Origin: Fibrobacterales bacterium
GTDB taxonomy: Bacteria; Fibrobacterota; Fibrobacteria; Fibrobacterales; JAOPTW01
NCBI GenBank assembly: GCA_051532055.1
Contig: JAOPTX010000023.1
Span: 64,001 to 128,000 of the forward strand
Direction of reading: 5' to 3'
DNA length: 64,000 nucleotides
Below, one piece after another: positions 58,727 to 64,000 of this stretch. The notes under the pieces were generated by a model. The model saw only the letters and a list, made by a program, of their open reading frames with translations, made no database searches and was not told where the DNA came from. The position numbers and the translations under genes were made by a program. The first letter of the stretch is position 1. Every line of letters begins with the position of its first letter.

Positions 58727-59596
58727 TTATTGTTTTTTTGTTACAGGGAAAAACTGGACATTCGTTTGAAATACCTGATCAGCATTATTCTCATATTCTG
58801 AGGCGATCTTTACCATTTTTTTTTGAAATTCAATTATCAATTTATCCATTGCATTCCTCCCCTCTTCATTAGTCGAAAAAGTTGCCCCTACAATATTTCT
58901 TTCAGATTTAGTGAATCTCTCTATTGCCCCCCCAGCCAACTCTATTGTTCTCCGCTGAAAATTACGAATGGCAAGAGACCGCGGTAAATACGGCGGCGTT
59001 TCTATACAGCTATTGATTTGTTTATACACTACTCCGGCTGAGCCCATAATCTTCTCTACCATTCCAAGTTTTATAAGAAGGTTTACGGCATCCTTAACTT
59101 TCTTAGCAGGCACAGGGGGAATAATCTGCTGACCAATGAGTTTAAAGTCATCATGAAACTGATTGAGGTGAATAAGTTCTCGAATGACCGACACGTACCA
59201 ATTTTCTAAAAACTCTGTGTAGTTTTTTTCTAGTGTATAAATTTCTTTTGCAGGCTTAAGATAGAGAAGTTGATCACGATAATATTGTTTTTGATTATCC
59301 CCCTCTGCTGATTGATAATTTATTAATGCCTCTAAATAGTGCGTCTCCCTTTTCGAGAGCCTCATCGCCAAAGCCATCTTTAACAATGAATCCACAGATA
59401 ATTGTCTTCGACCAGAAATGACATTTGCCATGTATGACCTCGACTTAAATCCTGCTTTATTTGCAAAGTATTGATGTGAAAATGCCGCGCTCTTCACTCG
59501 TTCAAGCTCAAACCAATCTCTCAAAAAGTCGACATAATTCCAATAATCAAAAATTGAAATGCCTTTGTCATTCACGATCTTCTCTGAAACGCCCAT
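58727..59596 (-). CDS. TIGR02147-family putative HTH regulator
   Basis: IFDYWNYVDFLRD, FANKAGFKSRSY, WYVSVIRE and C-terminal VFQTNVQFFP, characteristic of the family. Confidence 0.85.
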   Translation of the reverse strand: MGVSEKIVNDKGISIFDYWNYVDFLRDWFELERVKSAAFSHQYFANKAGFKSRSYMANVISGRRQLSVDSLLKMALAMRLSKRETHYLEALINYQSAEGDNQKQYYRDQLLYLKPAKEIYTLEKNYTEFLENWYVSVIRELIHLNQFHDDFKLIGQQIIPPVPAKKVKDAVNLLIKLGMVEKIMGSAGVVYKQINSCIETPPYLPRSLAIRNFQRRTIELAGGAIERFTKSERNIVGATFSTNEEGRNAMDKLIIEFQKKMVKIASEYENNADQVFQTNVQFFPVTKKQ

Positions 59597-59729
59597 ATAT
59601 AAACCGTTGGTAAAAAATGTATTGTTACAATTTCCGTATCATTGTTAAAACAAATTTACATCATGGCACCGGTAATTCTTCAAACTAATTATATATTTAT
59701 TTACTGGACCCACAATTTTTTTACATACT

Positions 59730-61220
59730 ATGACTTTTATATTATTACTTATCGCACTACTTATCATTGGATGTGACTCAGCCTCTTCTGTCAACCAATC
59801 AACTGGAATTTTAATTACCGGAAACAATGCATCAATTTCTGCAGAGGTACTTGTTCAAGATGCAAGTAACACCCCACCAGACTCATCAATGTATCTTGTA
59901 CTTAAAAAATCTAATGCAGACGCGCTCGAAGAATCAATTTATTTAACAACTACAAATACTGCAGTATTTGATAGTCTTGAGCCCGGCTGGTATGACATCT
60001 CTGCCTATGCTGACAACGATACACTCATTGGTTCTCTGGACAGTATTCAAGCCCATACAGATTCGGTTGTATCAGTGCAGATCTCAGTCCAATACATTCA
60101 GAATATCGATATCAAAATTGAGGGAGACAACAACACAAATACTTTTATAAATGGTAATGGCAATACGGTATCCAACGGGGATAAAACTGAAAACCACTTC
60201 TATCACCAAGAACACAATTATGAAACAACCAACATTGTGGAAAAAGGGGCATACATTACAGTCACTCCACTTTCATCCCAAACAACTCATACCTCGTCAG
60301 TGACAAAAGTACTTATAGCTGTATCTTCGGAAATATCATCTTCAGTAGCCCCCCCCCTAAGCATTTCACTCCCTATAAGCTCGTCATCTCAACCTACTAT
60401 TGAACATTTATCTAGTACATCATCTACTTCAAGTAGCGTATTTTCTCTACCAAATGCACCAATTAGCTCAAGTATACTGAGCTCTTCTTCAATACTCTCC
60501 TCATCCATATCATCATCATCTTCATCTTACACCCCAACGCCCCTTTTGTCATCTTCTGTGCACCTTATTACCCCTCCTATACCAGAGACCAAACCTTCAA
60601 CCTTTGTAGATTATCGTGACACACAAGAGTATCAAAAAGTAACAATAGGTACTCAAATATGGATGGCAGAAAACCTCAATTACTCAGAGAGCTTCGTATT
60701 AGGCTACTGTAGCGGTGACTCCACCCACAGCGATTCAAAACACTGTGATACATTTGGTCGACTATACACATGGGAAGAAGCCATGAACGGCGAAAGCGAA
60801 TCTGTCACCACTCCAAGTGATATTCAAGGTATTTGCCCCAGTAATTGGCACCTACCGAGTCATGACGAATGGAAAGTCCTCATAGAATATGTAGATTCCA
60901 ATAATGGCGATGAACCATTAGGTCAAAGTTTGAAATCACAGAATTTATGGACTGAGGACGTCAATGGCGGCCCAGGCTCAGACACATTTGGCTTCAATGG
61001 ATTACCTGGTGGATTTGGGGGGAAAGATGGCAAGAACTATTATAATAGTCTCTATAATCATAGCATGCATTGGGCAGCCACCGAATACAGTTATTATCAG
61101 GCAATACGTATTGATCTCAAATATTTAAACAATATAGTCCTTATTGAAAAGAGTAATACAAGCTGGAGATCTTCTGTTCGGTGCATAGAAAACGAACCAA
61201 TAGATACAATCGAATTTTAG
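59730..61220 (+). CDS. Lipoprotein with a Ser-rich linker and C-terminal FISUMP (Fibrobacter succinogenes major paralogous) domain
   Basis: Lipobox IIGC; DYRDTQEYQKVTIGTQIWMAENLNY, GRLYTW, QGICPSNWHLPS, SVRC motifs. Confidence 0.9.
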   Translation: MTFILLLIALLIIGCDSASSVNQSTGILITGNNASISAEVLVQDASNTPPDSSMYLVLKKSNADALEESIYLTTTNTAVFDSLEPGWYDISAYADNDTLIGSLDSIQAHTDSVVSVQISVQYIQNIDIKIEGDNNTNTFINGNGNTVSNGDKTENHFYHQEHNYETTNIVEKGAYITVTPLSSQTTHTSSVTKVLIAVSSEISSSVAPPLSISLPISSSSQPTIEHLSSTSSTSSSVFSLPNAPISSSILSSSSILSSSISSSSSSYTPTPLLSSSVHLITPPIPETKPSTFVDYRDTQEYQKVTIGTQIWMAENLNYSESFVLGYCSGDSTHSDSKHCDTFGRLYTWEEAMNGESESVTTPSDIQGICPSNWHLPSHDEWKVLIEYVDSNNGDEPLGQSLKSQNLWTEDVNGGPGSDTFGFNGLPGGFGGKDGKNYYNSLYNHSMHWAATEYSYYQAIRIDLKYLNNIVLIEKSNTSWRSSVRCIENEPIDTIEF

Positions 61221-61421
61221 CCATACTATAACTAACGGATACAACCTCTACAACATTCACTGTATTGCAGCTGAGTAATTATCTGGTTTAATATACAATC
61301 TAACATTGATAACAAATTTCATATTTTTTATTTAGGATTGTAATTCCGTATAAATCCCAATCGGAACAATTCAATCGTAAAATTGCTCAATTGTTGCTAT
61401 GCAATTATTACCTTTCTCAGC

Positions 61422-62165
61422 ATGATTTCTATACCACCTTATACGATATACCCTTTTGATATTCTCGAATCAACCAATCGACACATCAAAGAGAACCCTA
61501 AAAACTACCCTGATTGGGCAGTGATCTGGACCAGAGAACAAACATCGGGAAGAGGCCGTTTTGAGCGTGCTTGGCAGTCATCGCCAGGGGAAGATCTGAC
61601 GTTCTCACTTTATGTACCCTTAAAAGACATAGAACAGCTTCATTGGGCCAATTTGACCCAAATCATGGCCCTTTCACTCCATGAAGCACTATTAGCGCTC
61701 GACATCCGCACTTCCATAAAATGGCCTAATGACCTCCTGATAGACGGAAAAAAACTGTGTGGCATTCTGTGTGAACTTACTCAAAAAGAGGGCTCTCCTA
61801 TGGCCATTCTGGGTGTAGGACTCAATGTGAATAGTGCGCCCATTTTGATGCAAGCAATAGATCGCCCCGCGACATCTCTCAATGCACAAACCTCAAAGTG
61901 TTATGACCTCTCTGTTGTATTATCATACATCTTAGAACGTTTTTACGAGAATGTAAAATCTGTGCAAGACCATAATTTTGAACAACTTAGAAAGAAAATT
62001 GCTCAAAATTTGACATTTACAGGAGAGCATATTATTATTGTTGACGGTGACAAGCGTCATTCGGGAACAATAATCGACCTCAACAATGATGGAACATTAC
62101 TTTTTGCGTGTGACGAATGTGGAACAATTACCCTCCATTCAGGGGAAATCAGTTTCCGAACTTAA
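61422..62165 (+). CDS. birA: Biotin-protein ligase (no HTH domain)
   Basis: ESTN, QTSGRGRF, KWPND, KKLCGIL, GVGLN motifs. Confidence 0.95.
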   Translation: MISIPPYTIYPFDILESTNRHIKENPKNYPDWAVIWTREQTSGRGRFERAWQSSPGEDLTFSLYVPLKDIEQLHWANLTQIMALSLHEALLALDIRTSIKWPNDLLIDGKKLCGILCELTQKEGSPMAILGVGLNVNSAPILMQAIDRPATSLNAQTSKCYDLSVVLSYILERFYENVKSVQDHNFEQLRKKIAQNLTFTGEHIIIVDGDKRHSGTIIDLNNDGTLLFACDECGTITLHSGEISFRT

Positions 62166-62197
62166 TAACAGTTGTTTTTTAAAAAAGAAAGAGCAGT

Positions 62198-62440
62198 ATG
62201 ATACAAGATGGAATAATGGTCATGCTTATTGGCATGAGTATCGTGTTTGTTTTCTTGGTGTTGCTAAACATTGCAATAAACATTTTAACAAGCCTTACTA
62301 AAGAACATGCTCAGAAAGAACAGGATGCGATCGCCGCGGAAGAGCGGGCTTTAAGAGAAAAGAAAGCTCTAAAGTCTAAACGCGGGTCAGATACCTCACT
62401 TATTGCAGCCATTGCTGCAGCTGTTAAACTGAGAGCATAA
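62198..62440 (+). CDS. oadG: Na+-transporting decarboxylase gamma subunit
   Basis: GMSIVFVFL TM helix and AAIAAAV C-terminus. Confidence 0.9.
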   Translation: MIQDGIMVMLIGMSIVFVFLVLLNIAINILTSLTKEHAQKEQDAIAAEERALREKKALKSKRGSDTSLIAAIAAAVKLRA

Positions 62441-62476
62441 TAATTTTATAACCGCCCAACCAAGGCAAGGAACACT

Positions 62477-64000
62477 ATGAAAAAACTAAGATTTATGGAT
62501 ACTTCATTTCGCGATGGCTTTCAATCAGTCTATGGAGCGCGTGTATTAACTGAAGACTTTATGCCTGCTGTTGAAGCTGCGCGTAAAGCGGGCATCACCC
62601 ACTTTGAAGCCGGGGGCGGCGCACGATTTCAATCACTCTTTTTCTATTGTAATGAATCTGCATTCGACATGATGGATGAATTCCGCAAAGTTGCGGGCCC
62701 TGACGCCGAACTTCAAACCCTTGCACGCGGTATCAATGTTGTAGCACTCTCTCAGTGCCCCAGAGATATTATCGACCTCCATGCCAAAATGTTCAAAAAA
62801 CATGGCATGTCTACCATTCGTAACTTTGATGCACTCAACGATGTGAATAACCTCGTATACTCTGGAGAGCGCATTAAAGAAGCAGGGCTTAACCATCAAA
62901 TCGTTGTAAGTATGATGGACCTCCCTCCTGGATGTGAAGGCGCACACACTTCTGACTTTTATATGGATCGCCTCAGACAGATTCTCGATTCAGGCGTACC
63001 TTTTGACTCAATCTGTTTCAAAGATGCATCAGGTACAGCAAACCCTAAAAAGATTTATGAAACATTTAAAGGTGCTCGCAAACTCCTTGGCGATGACGCC
63101 CTTCTTTGGCTTCACACCCATGACACTGCTGGCGTAGCAACAACATGTTATATGGCTGCAATCGAAGCAGCAGCAACCAAAGATAACAATCTTGGTATTG
63201 ACATGTGTAAAAGCCCTGTATCGGGTGGTACTGCCCAACCAGACATTCTCTCTATGTGGCATGTTCTCAAAGGGACCGAATGGGACCTCGGGATCGACCC
63301 ATTTGAAATCCTTAAAGCGTCTGACGCGTTCGAACAATGCATGAAAGATTATTATGTACCTCGCGAAGCAAAACAAGTATCTCCAGTTATTCCACTCAGC
63401 CCAATGCCTGGCGGAGCGCTCACTGCAAATACAATGATGATGCGTGACACCAACACCCTACACCTCTATCCTGAAGTAATCAGAGAGATGAGTGATGTAG
63501 TGCGTAAAGGTGGATTTGGTACATCAGTAACTCCTGTATCACAATTCTACTTCCAACAAGCATTTGCAAATGTAACGCAAGGTAAATGGAATAAAATTAC
63601 CGATGGCTACGGCAACATGGTACTTGGTTACTTTGGTAAAACACCAACAGCTCCAGATTCGGAGATCGTTAAAATTGCATCCGAACAGTTAGGAAAACCA
63701 GTCTTTACGGGTGACCCACTCGATGTACTCGAGCCAGGTATTCCACAAGCAACCAAAACACTTCAAGAAAACGGCTTAGAAGTTACTGATGAAAACATCT
63801 TTATTGCCTACGCATGTAAAGACAAAGGCATCGAGTACCTCAAAGGAAACATGACTGCGAATGTTCGTAAAAACGAACCTGAGAAATCAACAACACAAGG
63901 CAGTGGTGATGGTAACTACACTATCACGGTAAACGGCAAGGCGCATTCAGTTGCTGTCGCTGGTGAAAACATCACTGTTGACGGTAAAGCATTTGACATC
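62477..64000 (+). CDS. oadA: Biotin-dependent carboxyltransferase (oxaloacetate decarboxylase alpha-like), 3'-truncated; not in the ORF track
   Basis: ATG at 62477 after AAGGA; MDTSFRDGFQS, FEAGGGARFQ, CFKDASG, HTHDT, PMPGGA, VTPVSQ motifs. Frame stays open to the window end. Confidence 0.9.
   Translation, partial: MKKLRFMDTSFRDGFQSVYGARVLTEDFMPAVEAARKAGITHFEAGGGARFQSLFFYCNESAFDMMDEFRKVAGPDAELQTLARGINVVALSQCPRDIIDLHAKMFKKHGMSTIRNFDALNDVNNLVYSGERIKEAGLNHQIVVSMMDLPPGCEGAHTSDFYMDRLRQILDSGVPFDSICFKDASGTANPKKIYETFKGARKLLGDDALLWLHTHDTAGVATTCYMAAIEAAATKDNNLGIDMCKSPVSGGTAQPDILSMWHVLKGTEWDLGIDPFEILKASDAFEQCMKDYYVPREAKQVSPVIPLSPMPGGALTANTMMMRDTNTLHLYPEVIREMSDVVRKGGFGTSVTPVSQFYFQQAFANVTQGKWNKITDGYGNMVLGYFGKTPTAPDSEIVKIASEQLGKPVFTGDPLDVLEPGIPQATKTLQENGLEVTDENIFIAYACKDKGIEYLKGNMTANVRKNEPEKSTTQGSGDGNYTITVNGKAHSVAVAGENITVDGKAFDI

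Noticed and set aside
60290..60560. Low-complexity TCA/TCT-rich stretch
   Set aside because: Ser-rich linker of the FISUMP lipoprotein.
59730..61400. Diversity-generating retroelement targeting the FISUMP domain
   Set aside because: No reverse transcriptase and no template-repeat copy of the 3' end visible in the window.
62633..63376. Several short ORFs listed in the track near the window end
   Set aside because: They lie within the long oadA frame starting at 62477, which the track omitted because it has no stop in the window.
1..64000. rRNA, tRNA, CRISPR array or IS element
   Set aside because: Intergenic gaps are short and show no cloverleaf, repeat-spacer array or transposase. A covariance-model scan would be needed to exclude small ncRNAs.

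Overview
A 64-kb, gene-dense, low-GC bacterial chromosomal window. It is probably from a Fibrobacterota-type organism (inferred from a TIGR02147-family gene next to a FISUMP-domain lipoprotein), with sodium-based energetics and an anaerobic repertoire. The left 24 kb (+ strand) carries a cytochrome b/YeeE-YedE sulfur locus, LRR, SDR, adenylate cyclase, rarA, lepB, an exonuclease-DinG fusion, lptE, dapF, feoAB, three unknown genes and an MFS-pflB-pflA operon. The middle (- strand, about 24.4-49.3 kb) is a large flagellar cluster (motE-like, fliK, flgD, flgE, motAB, fliLMY, fliOPQR, flhB, flhA, flhF, flhG, fliA, flgM) with several inserted unknown genes. The right end holds a GH57-like/STAS/lytic-transglycosylase operon, folK-dNK-panC, a split class III ribonucleotide reductase, the TIGR02147/FISUMP pair, birA and oadG-oadA (truncated). 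FNR-, Fur-like, NrdR-, sigma54- and sigma28-type sites can be read directly from the sequence. I found no rRNA, tRNA, CRISPR array or mobile element. The strongest candidates for undescribed systems are: (1) a translationally coupled GH57 pseudoenzyme, degenerate-STAS membrane protein and lytic transglycosylase; (2) a YeeE transporter with a dead rhodanese domain and a SoxY-like GGCG tail; (3) an NrdD whose glycyl-radical loop is on a separate 61-aa peptide; (4) an acidic beta-barrel and a small ORF behind a feo-type operator. All family assignments come from motif recognition by eye, not database searches.
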